Shown here: positions 30,778 to 40,327 of the stretch, piece after piece
How positions within the stretch are numbered: the first letter of the stretch is position 1
How the letters are laid out: each line of letters opens with the position of its first letter
Notes under the pieces: generated by a model
What the model was told of the DNA's origin: nothing
What the model saw: the letters and a program-made list of their open reading frames with translations, nothing else
Database searches by the model: none
Made by a program: the position numbers and the translations under genes
NCBI GenBank assembly: GCA_965204345.1
Contig: OZ241981.1
Coordinates: forward strand, 1,440,001 to 1,504,000
DNA length: 64,000 nt
Source: Nitrosopumilus sp.
Lineage (GTDB): Archaea > Thermoproteota > Nitrososphaeria > Nitrososphaerales > Nitrosopumilaceae
Direction: 5' to 3'

Positions 30778-30924
30778 CTATTCGTCGTCCATTTTTATTG
30801 GAATCGCTTCAAATCTTCTTGATTTGCAAATGGGACACTGATCAATGTATTTTGTAAAGCTGACAGACGTGTATGCAATTCCACAATCACCACAAATTCT
30901 AAGATTTCTTGCCAGCTTGCCCAT
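30778..30924 (-). CDS. 48-aa zinc-ribbon microprotein (absent from ORF track)
   Basis: MGKLARNLRICGDCGIAYTSVSFTKYIDQCPICKSRRFEAIPIKMDDE*. Confidence 0.7.
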   Translation of the reverse strand: MGKLARNLRICGDCGIAYTSVSFTKYIDQCPICKSRRFEAIPIKMDDE

Positions 30925-30969
30925 TATTGACTACCAAAAAGCATTGTGATTAAAACTTAGCTTTAGATT

Positions 30970-33900
30970 CTACCAAAATCGCCACCAAGGCTTTGCAGAT
31001 GATGGATTATCCACAATTTTACATACTCCATCAATTAATTTAGTACCAGGACCACAGATTCCAAACTTTTTCTCTTCTATTTTAGGTTCCTCCAACCCTA
31101 CTGCCTGATAAATTGAGTCATATTCCGAATATGTCTTATCAAACCACTCTTTGTAGGCATCCTCCGTATTGTATCTATCAACATAGCTTTGCACATCTTT
31201 GGATTCATCTACAAATGGTGCAGGAACCGGCAGTGGCTCCTCCAACCCTACTGCCTGATAAATTGAGTCATATTCCGAATATGTCTTATCAAACCACTCT
31301 TTGTAGGCATCCTCCGTATTGTATCTATCAACATAGCTTTGCACATCTTTGGATTCATCTACAAATGGTGCAGGAACCGGCAGTGGCTCCTCCAACCCTA
31401 CTGCATGATAAATTGAGTCATATTCCGAATATGTCTTATCAAACCACTCTTTGTAGGCATCCTCCGTATTGTATCTATCAACATAGCTTTGCACATCTTT
31501 GGATTCATCTACAAATGGTGCAGGAACCGGCAGTGGCTCCTCCAACCCTACTGCATGATAAATTGAGTCATATTCCGGATATGTCTTATCAAACCACTCT
31601 TTGTAGGCATCCTCCGTATTGTATCTATCAACATAGCTTTGCACATCTTTGGATTCATCTACAAACGGTGCAATTCCTAACTCTTTTGGTTGTGAGTCAT
31701 CTACCACGTCATTGACAGTTACAGTTACAGTTGTTCTGTCTGAGAGCCCACCTTTTTTTGCAACTATATCAAAGGTGTATGTTTTCCCACCGTCTGATGA
31801 TGTTGGTGTCCATGAGAACATGCCTGTATTTGGTGTGATTTTAGCTCCTGCTAGGGAGCTTTTCTCCAAACTAAATACTGCATCTTTTATTGAATTATCC
31901 ACTAGTTTTACTGTAAATGATAGTAATTTTCCTTCATCTATGGTTAATTTTCTTATTGGGCTGATCTGGATATTTGTCAATTCTGGTGTTGCAGAAGATT
32001 CATTTGATGGATCGCCTATGCCTACATCATTTATCGATGAAACCCTATATGTGTACTGAGAACTTGCTATCAAATTTTTATGCGAATACTTGGTTGCAGT
32101 ACTTTTCGTATCATCCACTATTGGACTAAATGAACCGTTGTCTATTTTTACTTCAATTTTGTAACCCAGAATTTCAGAATTCCCATCTTCTGCTGGCGGA
32201 CTCCATGCTAAGTCAATTTGGGTAGATGAGGTACCACTCGCAGTTAATTTTATTGGAGATGTAGGAACTGTCTTCTGAACTACAGTTGATTTTATTGATT
32301 CTTCTGTAGTATCTTCTGAGTCGTCTCTTGGAGTGGCTGATGCTGATATTGATTCATCAGTGGAACCAATTCCCAGTTTTGCACTAACTACGTATGTGTA
32401 TTTTTTATCAGTCTCCAAGTTTGGTACAGTAAATGTGGTTGTTTTACTGTCAGTATCTCCAATAATACTATAGACATCTTGCTTATTTTCACGTTTAATG
32501 TCATAACCGGTAATTGTTTGCCCAAAAGTTTCAGATGGTGGCAACCAAGAAAGCTTAATTTGAGTTGGCGAAATTGGAGTTGCAGTCAAAGCTGCCGGTT
32601 CTCTTGTATGTCCAGGTTTTGTTGAAGCACTTGATGATGTACTTGTACCTTCTGAATTAATTGAATAAACGCGATAAGAGTATGTTTCACTGGAATCCAA
32701 TCCCTCATGAATAAACGATGTTGCACTGCTTGCAGTATTGTTATTTATTGTGGTATAACTTCCTGAGCCCATTTTATACTCAATTTTATATCCTGAAATT
32801 GATGGAATACCCTCAGCCATTTCTGGTTCGTCCCATGAAGCTATTATTGAGGTTGGGGAAACTGGTGTTGCCTTTAGATTGTCTGGTCTGTCTGGAAGTA
32901 AAACAACTGGCCCTGGATTTAGATTAAATACCTGAATCCTATTATTCTTTGAATCTGCAACATACAAAAAATCATTAGTTTTATCTAATGCAATTCCAGT
33001 TGGGGTATCAAATTCCCCATTATCTGATCCTGATGTTCCAAACTCTTCGACAAAACATACTCCGTTAATTATCTCTACCATTCCACTTGGACAGGTATTT
33101 GCATTTACAATCTCAAAGATCTGAATCCTATCATTGTTTGTATCTGCCACGTATAACAAATCATTGGATAAATCAAACGCTAACCCTGTTGGATTATCAA
33201 ATTTGCCCTTGTCATTTCCTGATGATCCAAACTCTTCGACAAAACATACTCCGTCTGCTGCTTTTACTGTATCATCTGGACAAGTATTTCCTGTCACTAG
33301 TTCAAAGACAACAATCCTATCTTTGCCTGAATCTGCAACATACAATTTTTCCTCTGAATCATCAATTATCATGTTTGTTAGATTTTCAAAACTATCATTT
33401 CCGTTAAACGAATCAAAGTTAACCAGAAAGTTTTCATCCTTATCAAAAACTGATATGGAATCTTTTTCTATGTTTGAAACAAGTATCTTTTTTGTTGAAT
33501 CCTGTACTACTATTCCTTTAGCAGAGCCTAGATACTCATCTACTCCAGAATCTGATGAACCAAATTCACGTTGAAATTTACCCTTGTCATCAAACACTTG
33601 AATCCTGTTATTATCTGAATCTACTACAAAAAATTCTTTTAATGCATCCTCCCTTGCAATGCTAATTGGGTTGTTAAATTGTCCTTCCCCATCCCTACTT
33701 GCTCCACTTGCATCATTGTTACAATCTTGAATTTTTGCAATGTCACAAAATGTTCCATATTTAAAGTCATGATCTCCGTTCTTCTCAAATACATTAATTC
33801 TGTTATTGTTACTATCAACTACATAGACCTTATTTGATCTTTTATCTAGTATTACATCTGTAGGATTGTTCAGATTATCGTTTCCTGTGCCAGTTGAACC

Positions 33901-33993
33901 AAATTCCAACGAAAATTCAGGCTCTGCATAGGCTACTTGAACTAGTGCTATACAAAGCGTAACGAGTAAACTGAAGATTATTTTATCTTTCAA
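30970..33993 (-). CDS. Secreted NHL-repeat / 3x fibronectin-III / cadherin-like surface protein with four 50-aa repeats
   Basis: Signal peptide, FxxPxGIA..YVADSxNNRIQVF repeats, LSW..P..GYKIE..Y.YRV FN3 motifs, C-terminal KPWWRFW. Confidence 0.88.
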   Translation of the reverse strand: MKDKIIFSLLVTLCIALVQVAYAEPEFSLEFGSTGTGNDNLNNPTDVILDKRSNKVYVVDSNNNRINVFEKNGDHDFKYGTFCDIAKIQDCNNDASGASRDGEGQFNNPISIAREDALKEFFVVDSDNNRIQVFDDKGKFQREFGSSDSGVDEYLGSAKGIVVQDSTKKILVSNIEKDSISVFDKDENFLVNFDSFNGNDSFENLTNMIIDDSEEKLYVADSGKDRIVVFELVTGNTCPDDTVKAADGVCFVEEFGSSGNDKGKFDNPTGLAFDLSNDLLYVADTNNDRIQIFEIVNANTCPSGMVEIINGVCFVEEFGTSGSDNGEFDTPTGIALDKTNDFLYVADSKNNRIQVFNLNPGPVVLLPDRPDNLKATPVSPTSIIASWDEPEMAEGIPSISGYKIEYKMGSGSYTTINNNTASSATSFIHEGLDSSETYSYRVYSINSEGTSTSSSASTKPGHTREPAALTATPISPTQIKLSWLPPSETFGQTITGYDIKRENKQDVYSIIGDTDSKTTTFTVPNLETDKKYTYVVSAKLGIGSTDESISASATPRDDSEDTTEESIKSTVVQKTVPTSPIKLTASGTSSTQIDLAWSPPAEDGNSEILGYKIEVKIDNGSFSPIVDDTKSTATKYSHKNLIASSQYTYRVSSINDVGIGDPSNESSATPELTNIQISPIRKLTIDEGKLLSFTVKLVDNSIKDAVFSLEKSSLAGAKITPNTGMFSWTPTSSDGGKTYTFDIVAKKGGLSDRTTVTVTVNDVVDDSQPKELGIAPFVDESKDVQSYVDRYNTEDAYKEWFDKTYPEYDSIYHAVGLEEPLPVPAPFVDESKDVQSYVDRYNTEDAYKEWFDKTYSEYDSIYHAVGLEEPLPVPAPFVDESKDVQSYVDRYNTEDAYKEWFDKTYSEYDSIYQAVGLEEPLPVPAPFVDESKDVQSYVDRYNTEDAYKEWFDKTYSEYDSIYQAVGLEEPKIEEKKFGICGPGTKLIDGVCKIVDNPSSAKPWWRFW
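31085..31687 (-). repeat. 150-bp tandem repeat x4 (APFVDESKDVQSYVDRYNTEDAYKEWFDKTY.EYDSIY.AVGLEEPLPVP)
   Basis: tccaaccctactgc at 31091, 31241, 31391 and 31541. Confidence 0.92.
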
Positions 33994-34091
33994 CGTATAA
34001 TTTTTCCAGCAGAATTGAATTTAATAAACTGAATGATAAATTTACCTACCCATTTGATCAACTGAGATTTACTTTAATTCGTGATTTTTAT

Positions 34092-35015
34092 CTAAATTTT
34101 GATATATTTTCTAGTCTTGAAAACTATGATTGCAGGAATTCCCACATACATTCCCAGATTCATCACAATAACTCCAATTCCATATGATAGCACTTCTGAG
34201 TCAGATTCTGCATATTGCATTAGATATAGGGTAGACAACATTGGAGTAATTGAGAATTTAACCATTTCCTTGAATGCTGGATTTTCTCTTTGCATGTCTG
34301 CAATGTATGGTGAGAATGAATAGTACAATTGGTTAAATCCACTCATAAATGAAACACCCGAATCTGTCTTCATTAGTTGATTATCTCTGATTTCTCTGAG
34401 TAACTGAACTTGTGGTGCCATCTCTGAATCATATGCAGCTGTTGCAATCAAACAACCTCCTCCTCCTCTTCCTCCAGAATTATCTATAATCATACACATT
34501 CCATCAACAAGATCTGTTCCTTTTCCACATTCTCCAACTTCCGGTTCTCCAACTTTTGGTTTCATAACTTCCCGTTCCATAACTTCCGATTCCATAACTT
34601 CTGGTACTTCCGGTTCTCCAACTTTTGGTTCTTCCAACCCTACTGCATGATAAATTGAGTCATATTCTGGATATGTATTATCAAACCACTCTTTGTAGAT
34701 ATCCTCCGTATTGTATCTGTCAACATAGCTCTGTGCGTCTTTGGATTCATCTACAAACGGTGCAGGAACCGGCAGTGGTTCTTCCAACCCTACTGCATGA
34801 TAAATTGAGTCATATTCCGGATATGTATTATCAAACCACTCTTTGTAGATATCCTCCGTATTGTATCTGTCAACATAGCTCTGTGCGTCTTTGGATTCAT
34901 CTACAAACGGTGCAATTCCTAACTCTTTTGCTTCTGCTGCTACATTGGCATAATTTGGAACCACCATTAATACAAGTAATGAACATACTGCGAATAGTCC
35001 TAATTTTGTTCTCAT
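34092..35015 (-). CDS. CFI-box-CTERM domain surface protein with two 50-aa repeats
   Basis: GGGCLIATAAYDSEMAPQVQLLREIRDN...YYSFSP.IAD and a C-terminal TM helix; start at ATG 35015. Confidence 0.85.
   Translation of the reverse strand: MRTKLGLFAVCSLLVLMVVPNYANVAAEAKELGIAPFVDESKDAQSYVDRYNTEDIYKEWFDNTYPEYDSIYHAVGLEEPLPVPAPFVDESKDAQSYVDRYNTEDIYKEWFDNTYPEYDSIYHAVGLEEPKVGEPEVPEVMESEVMEREVMKPKVGEPEVGECGKGTDLVDGMCMIIDNSGGRGGGGCLIATAAYDSEMAPQVQLLREIRDNQLMKTDSGVSFMSGFNQLYYSFSPYIADMQRENPAFKEMVKFSITPMLSTLYLMQYAESDSEVLSYGIGVIVMNLGMYVGIPAIIVFKTRKYIKI
34625..34928 (-). repeat. 150-bp tandem repeat x2, homologous to the 31085-31687 unit
   Basis: tccaaccctactgc at 34633 and 34783. Confidence 0.9.
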
Positions 35016-35094
35016 AATGATGATTGTACGATTTAGACTTTTAAAAAACACGTATAATTTGTTCTATAAACTTGCAAAGAAATCTTTACCAACT

Positions 35095-35514
35095 TTACAG
35101 ATCAAGTAAGAATCTCATATAGGTTTCCTTGTCTTCTTGCCTTATTTCCATGTCATAAAATGTTGGGGCTTTGATCTCTACTTTGAAATTATGTTTTACC
35201 ACATCTAATGGCTCACCAAATGCCCTGGCATTAATTACGTATCCGTTCTCTTCTTTGATCTCAAACTCTGTTCTTCTTATTGCAAAACCTTCTGTGATTA
35301 GAACAAATGAAATTTCTTCCAACCAACTAAACAAGAGATATCTCAAATCTTTTCCACTTGCAGAAAATTCCTTTTGATCTTTTTCTTCTATTTTGTCTTG
35401 GTCTAGTGTTAGGCTGATTTCTGCATCTGCTGCTACTGCAAATGCTTCCTTGAGGTTTTTGGCTGTAACCTCAATTATTGCATCTGTTGCATGATCTAGA
35501 AATTTGTAACTCAA
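35095..35514 (-). CDS. Archease
   Basis: YKFLDHATD, VEIKAPTF, C-terminal LDL. Confidence 0.9.
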   Translation of the reverse strand: MSYKFLDHATDAIIEVTAKNLKEAFAVAADAEISLTLDQDKIEEKDQKEFSASGKDLRYLLFSWLEEISFVLITEGFAIRRTEFEIKEENGYVINARAFGEPLDVVKHNFKVEIKAPTFYDMEIRQEDKETYMRFLLDL

Positions 35515-35845
35515 TTATAATTTTGTAGTCTTTGTTGATTATTAATTTAGATGGTTTACTCTGCTTTCTCATCTATTTTTATAATGCCAAACATCTGCCT
35601 TTAGTATTTGTGCATTGTGCAAACTATCCAGTCTTGGGAATTTCTATTTGGGAATAGGTAACTGTCTTCTGTTCTCTACAATCTTTTCTGAGAACAACAA
35701 GTGAAAAACAATAATTCCAAATGCCTTGCTACACAAGGCTACAAAATGAGATCTCAAAGAGGCTACAGAATCCCATAATTTGGGAACTGTCAAACTATAT
35801 TTTTAAATAAAAATAAAAAAATAATTCCAACTAGTGTTAGAAAGA

Positions 35846-36589
35846 TTATTTCATTCGTACAATGTCAATCTTGACTGCTGGGTTACCCCATGCATGAACA
35901 CTTTTCAGTAAATCATTATCACCCATTATGCCTGGATGTGGAATGACTACTCCACCCTCTGCAATTGCGTCATTACTTGCACCTGTTCCTTCATCACCAT
36001 TATCTGAAGAAATTCCAATAGCTCCTTGACAGGGAGGAACCAAGTCTGCAAAGTTTTCTGTATTCATTTCAGTTCTTGCATCATATGCTTTTGCGTAAAC
36101 TGTTTTTTGGTTAATTGGAAGTCTGATTGTATCAGCTCCTGCAAAACCATCATTTGTACAAACCAACATGCTTGCAAATGAAAGATATCTCATGTTACCC
36201 TCAGATGACACGATAAACGTCTCTGAATGACTCAAGCCTGTATTTCCAGGATCATTTGCTGGAACTAGAGGAGCTTCACCTTGAACAATACTCAAAACAC
36301 CTGATTTATCTTGGAGCATTTTGACTAGCGGTTCTGAATTTCCGTTTTCAACCAACTGCTGAACGTTATCACTTGCCATCTCACCTACTGTAAAAAATCC
36401 CGCATTCATAGAATGTGTAACTAGCAATGGTGGAGTGATTGGTTGTCCTGGTGTGAGATTTGTAATTGTAACCTCATACATCTTTGTTTTTGCAGCACTA
36501 GACTCGGGTATTCCTGATACACTTACAACAGCTAACATTGCAACTATTGCAGTTATTGCAAGAACACTTGTCTGCTTTGTTTTCATCAA
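35846..36589 (-). CDS. Secreted Spondin_N domain protein
   Basis: YEVTITNLT.GQP.TPP, SMLVCTNDGFAG, YDARTEMNTE. Confidence 0.85.
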   Translation of the reverse strand: MMKTKQTSVLAITAIVAMLAVVSVSGIPESSAAKTKMYEVTITNLTPGQPITPPLLVTHSMNAGFFTVGEMASDNVQQLVENGNSEPLVKMLQDKSGVLSIVQGEAPLVPANDPGNTGLSHSETFIVSSEGNMRYLSFASMLVCTNDGFAGADTIRLPINQKTVYAKAYDARTEMNTENFADLVPPCQGAIGISSDNGDEGTGASNDAIAEGGVVIPHPGIMGDNDLLKSVHAWGNPAVKIDIVRMK

Positions 36590-36622
36590 GATTATGACCC
36601 TGAAAAATCACCTTAAGTGTTT

Positions 36623-36641
36623 GCCCACTTTATACCCCAAT
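36623..36641 (-). promoter_or_regulatory. Conserved upstream motif, copy 1 (ATTGGGGTATAAAGTGGGC)
   Basis: Ends 34 nt before the Spondin_N start and is followed by ACTTAAG (TATA position). Confidence 0.65.
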
Positions 36642-36651
36642 CCTACCTGAG

Positions 36652-36954
36652 TTATCTTCTGGTAATCCAGACAAGAACTGATAATCCAATTGTTTGAATT
36701 ACATTTATTGCAAATAAATAATGTGACACCATGTCAGCTGATACCATTAATGCTTTATTGTGCATGTATAGCGTAGGCCAGAATAAAATAATCACAATAT
36801 TTTGTAGCATTAATAGTGATGCAACCAATACTAGGCCTGAAGTATAGTATGATCTAATGACTCTCATGTTTTGGACATAGGTTCCAATCACAACTAGTAG
36901 TAATGCAATGTTGAGAAATGCAGATATAACTGCAGCGAGCATAAAGTCTATCAT
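36652..36954 (-). CDS. Small 3-TM membrane protein paired with the wHTH regulator
   Basis: Three hydrophobic helices; motif spacing (N...Y..N...GL...L.N) similar to 11624-11908. Confidence 0.75.
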   Translation of the reverse strand: MIDFMLAAVISAFLNIALLLVVIGTYVQNMRVIRSYYTSGLVLVASLLMLQNIVIILFWPTLYMHNKALMVSADMVSHYLFAINVIQTIGLSVLVWITRR

Positions 36955-36981
36955 GACTCTTTGCCTCTAAAATTCATTAAT

Positions 36982-37374
36982 TTACTTTGTTCCAATTTTT
37001 TTCATAATCTCTTCTAAAACATTTTGATTCTCTTTCATAATCTGTGTTAATTCATATTCTGCTGCATACTCTTTTTCAGCTTTGATTACAAGCTCATTTT
37101 TTGCAAGAATTTTTACATGATGGATTACTGTTTTATGATCTAAATTCAACACAGTTGCAATTTTGTTTGCATTCATTGGGGTATCCTTGACTAGATTGAG
37201 GATTTTTGCTCTGTTTATGCCTCCTCGGGTGCCTGCAATTATAGACCAAAGTATCATTTTGAATCTGGGATTTGGATTTGTTTCTCCATCTGTTTGCCCT
37301 GAGAATGAAAATAATCCCTTTGGAATAATATCTGAAAGTAAGAATGTTGGTAGGGTAATTGTTGCTGCAAACAC
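36982..37374 (-). CDS. ArsR-like winged-helix transcription regulator
   Basis: LWSIIAGTRGGINRAKIL...NANKIATVLNLDHKTVIHHVKIL; in-frame GTG at 37374 about 25 nt after a CTTATAT box. Confidence 0.82.
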   Translation of the reverse strand: MFAATITLPTFLLSDIIPKGLFSFSGQTDGETNPNPRFKMILWSIIAGTRGGINRAKILNLVKDTPMNANKIATVLNLDHKTVIHHVKILAKNELVIKAEKEYAAEYELTQIMKENQNVLEEIMKKIGTK

Positions 37375-37435
37375 TGATTTTTCAGATTTTGTGTAGGATA
37401 TAAGAAATTCCTTTTGAGGTTTTTTAGTAGTGTTT

Positions 37436-38482
37436 CTAAGGCGATAACTCTGCGCTTCCAAATAATACACCAAATGCTTTGCACCAAATCAGGACTTTGT
37501 TGTATTTGGTCAAGTCGGTGTCATCTGGAATTTCATAGTTCTGATTTCCATTATTTGCCTTGAGTTCTCCCAAGTTAACAAATTCTGATGCATTATCATC
37601 TGTTGATAAATAGACATACAAGTCTGGACCATTTGTTGATTTGAAATTCTCTAGTCTTAATACAGTACTTGTGTCTTCTAATGGTATTGTGTATGCATCT
37701 CCTTGTGCATCATGAACTCCATCACCAACACCGATGAATTTTCCTGTATAAGATATTGGAATGGTTTCTTTTACCATTTCATCTTCCATCATCATCATCT
37801 CCTCTTCCTCCATCATCATAGCATCATCTTCCATCATCATCATCTCCTCTTCCTCCATCATCATAGCATCATCTTCCATCATCATCATCTCCTCTTCCTC
37901 CATCATCATAGCATCATCTTCCATCATCATCATCTCCTCTTCCTCCATCATCATAGCATCATCTTCCATCATCATAGCATCATCTTCCATCATCATCATC
38001 TCCTCTTCCTCCATCATCATAGCATCATCTTCCATCATCATCATCTCCTCTTCCTCCATCATCATAGCATCATCTTCCATCATCATCATCTCCTCTTCCT
38101 CCATCATCATAGCATCATCTTCCATCATCATCATCTCCTCTTCCTCCATCATCATAGCATCATCTTCCATCATCATAGCATCATCTTCCATCATCATCAT
38201 CTCCTCTTCCTCCATCATCATAGCATCATCTTCCATCATCATCATCTCCTCTTCCTCCATCATCATAGCATCATCTTCCATCATCATCATCTCCTCTTCC
38301 TCCATCATCATAGCATCATCTTCCATCATCATCATCTCCTCTTCCTCCATCGTAGATTGACTAATTGCACCAGCTGGCAATGCCTCATCGATAGTTGATT
38401 CTGTAAAGTATGGGGATAATGCAAATGCTGAAACTGTTCCAACTATAATTACTGCAATAGCAATTCCAACTAGCTTATTCAT
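37436..38482 (-). CDS. Membrane-anchored DM13-domain protein with Met/Glu/Asp-rich repeat linker
   Basis: N-terminal TM helix; C-terminal GKFIG..HDAQG...LRLENFKSTNGPDLYVYLS...VLIWCKAFGVLFGSAEL. Confidence 0.88.
   Translation of the reverse strand: MNKLVGIAIAVIIVGTVSAFALSPYFTESTIDEALPAGAISQSTMEEEEMMMMEDDAMMMEEEEMMMMEDDAMMMEEEEMMMMEDDAMMMEEEEMMMMEDDAMMMEDDAMMMEEEEMMMMEDDAMMMEEEEMMMMEDDAMMMEEEEMMMMEDDAMMMEEEEMMMMEDDAMMMEDDAMMMEEEEMMMMEDDAMMMEEEEMMMMEDDAMMMEEEEMMMMEDDAMMMEEEEMMMMEDEMVKETIPISYTGKFIGVGDGVHDAQGDAYTIPLEDTSTVLRLENFKSTNGPDLYVYLSTDDNASEFVNLGELKANNGNQNYEIPDDTDLTKYNKVLIWCKAFGVLFGSAELSP
37778..38350 (-). repeat. 45-bp tandem repeat (EEEEMMMMEDDAMMM) x11 plus a partial copy, with two 21-bp inserts forming a 201-bp higher-order unit
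   Basis: Pattern 4 units + EDDAMMM + 4 units + EDDAMMM + 3 units + partial, read from the translation. Confidence 0.92.
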
Positions 38483-38516
38483 GATTGAATCCTATGTTCT
38501 TGGTATATAGTGCATT

Positions 38517-38535
38517 TTCCACTTTTGACCCCAAT
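38517..38535 (-). promoter_or_regulatory. Conserved upstream motif, copy 2 (ATTGGGGTCAAAAGTGGAA)
   Basis: Ends 35 nt before the DM13 ATG and is followed by CTATATA. Confidence 0.65.
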
Positions 38536-38596
38536 CTTTAGACACTAATATGCTTACCAGTAAGGTAATTTAGTGAGGGTTTAATCTCAAAATCAA

Positions 38597-39145
38597 ATGG
38601 AACCATTTGATTCGTTGATTCCTTGGATTACTAATTTTTTAGGTGATCATCTCTATGAAGGTGTATTTTTGGCAGCTTTGCTTGAGACAATAATTCCTCC
38701 TATTCCCACACTAGCGATATTTCCAACTGCTGGATTCTTGGCATCTCAACAAGGAATTATATTAATTGGATTAATACCGATGATTATCTTTGGTGCTAGT
38801 GGTGCTACTGTTGGAAATATTGTAATTTATCTAATAGCACTAAAACTAGGACGGGTTGTTTTACTTCGCTATCTGAAATATGTCAGGATTTCAGAAAAAA
38901 AATTAGGCAGAGTCGAAGTTTGGTTTGAAAAATATGGTGACAAGGCAGTATTTTTGGGAAGGATGGTTCCTGTAATGCGAGAGATGATTTCAGTTCCTGC
39001 AGGATTATTAAAAATGAAATTTCTAAAATTTGTATTATACACATTTGCGGGTTCATGTGTTTGGGCTACTGCAACTATTTTGGCAGGATATTATTTTGGT
39101 GAAGCAATAGGTCTTACCACTAGCGCTTTGGAATCATTACCTTAA
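38597..39145 (+). CDS. DedA-family membrane protein
   Basis: LETIIPPIP, FEKYGDKAVFLGRMVPVMR..ISVPAG. Confidence 0.9.
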   Translation: MEPFDSLIPWITNFLGDHLYEGVFLAALLETIIPPIPTLAIFPTAGFLASQQGIILIGLIPMIIFGASGATVGNIVIYLIALKLGRVVLLRYLKYVRISEKKLGRVEVWFEKYGDKAVFLGRMVPVMREMISVPAGLLKMKFLKFVLYTFAGSCVWATATILAGYYFGEAIGLTTSALESLP

Positions 39146-39362
39146 ATATCATAAACACCATATGTACATTAACGTCCTATGCTTAGCTGGATGGTTTCCA
39201 GGGATTCTTCAATACTCCCCTAATAGTTGAAGAATTTCTGTTTATTTTTTTATCTAGTATCTGAAATTTTGCCCTTTGCATTTTTTTATCCTAATTCTTT
39301 AATTCCTTTCTTTGCAGTATAGTCAATATTTCCATGATCCATCCATGATTCATAAAGTCATA

Positions 39363-40154
39363 CTAAAAACTTCCTAGTGTTTTTTGTTTTTTCTCATCCC
39401 AAACCAAGTCTTGCATTCCTAATTGCATCCTTAGTGAATTAGCAGTATCTGCTGCAAATCCTTCCAAGTGATTGTTGGCCATTACCATTGCTAATGGAAT
39501 ATTTTTAATCTCTTTGAGTTTTTTTGCCCAGTTTACGATCAATTCTTTTTTATTTTTTGTAACTTTTCCAAATTCTGAATCTGGAATTGAGCGGTCTCCA
39601 ATCAATCTAACGTAGAGATAATCCGTTGTAATTGGCATTGGATTATTCACTCCTGTAACTTCATTCCATACAAGACAGTGTTTGTTTTGTTTTAGATATG
39701 TTATGGCCTCATCTGAAAACCATGATTGATGTCTTCCCTCAATTGGATATACAAAATCTTTGGGAAGCATATCAAATAGTTCTCCTAGTCTTGGTTTTGC
39801 CTCTTCAAATGATAATGATGGGGGCAATTGCAAAACCAAAGCTGAAATCTTTTCATGAATTGGAACTAGTGATGATAAAAATGAGAAAATTTCTGAATTT
39901 ACTCCATCTAGCCTCTTTTCGTGCGTAATTGTGGATGGAAATTTTGCTGTAAATTTGAAATGCCTTGGTGTATCTGCATTCCACCGCCTAACTATTTCTT
40001 GTGCGGGAATTCTGTAAAATGTGGAATTTATCTCTGTAATACTAAAAAGCTGAGAATAATATTTCAGCCATTGAGAACTCTTTAGATTTTTGGGATAAAA
40101 AGTTCCTGACCATCCCTGATAGCTCCATCCCGTACATCCAATTTTGAATTCCAT
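39363..40154 (-). CDS. DUF72 (YecE-like) protein
   Basis: IGCTGWSY..W...FYP, EINSTFY, LQLPPS, YVRLIG. Confidence 0.9.
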   Translation of the reverse strand: MEFKIGCTGWSYQGWSGTFYPKNLKSSQWLKYYSQLFSITEINSTFYRIPAQEIVRRWNADTPRHFKFTAKFPSTITHEKRLDGVNSEIFSFLSSLVPIHEKISALVLQLPPSLSFEEAKPRLGELFDMLPKDFVYPIEGRHQSWFSDEAITYLKQNKHCLVWNEVTGVNNPMPITTDYLYVRLIGDRSIPDSEFGKVTKNKKELIVNWAKKLKEIKNIPLAMVMANNHLEGFAADTANSLRMQLGMQDLVWDEKKQKTLGSF

Positions 40155-40276
40155 AATGACATTTATTTTTGATTAGAACTTAAAATTCCTATTATTTTGA
40201 TGTCGTAGAATTGCTTAGATTTATGTATTAAGTGATCTTTGAAATTATTTTTTACATCTATTTTTCTTTCCAAAAG

Positions 40277-40292
40277 ATTGGGTCGGTTGGAA
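40277..40292 (+). promoter_or_regulatory. Degenerate upstream motif, copy 3 (ATTGGGTCGGTTGGAA)
   Basis: 3 nt shorter than the other copies; ends 36 nt before ATG 40328. Confidence 0.45.
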
Positions 40293-40327
40293 AATTGGCC
40301 TAATATCAATATTGAAATTTTTATTCA

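Noticed and set aside
35634-35654. TTGGGAA direct repeat as a fifth regulon site
   Set aside because: Half-site spacing is 14 rather than 12, there is no GGGGT core, and no intact downstream gene.
37177-37195. ATTGGGGT inside the wHTH gene (similar hit near 55090)
   Set aside because: Intragenic, lacking a correctly spaced second half-site and promoter context.
37703-38398. Poly-His and poly-Ile/Ser ORFs on the + strand
   Set aside because: Antisense shadows of the ATG/GAG/GAT repeat; the minus frame has the anchor and DM13 domain.
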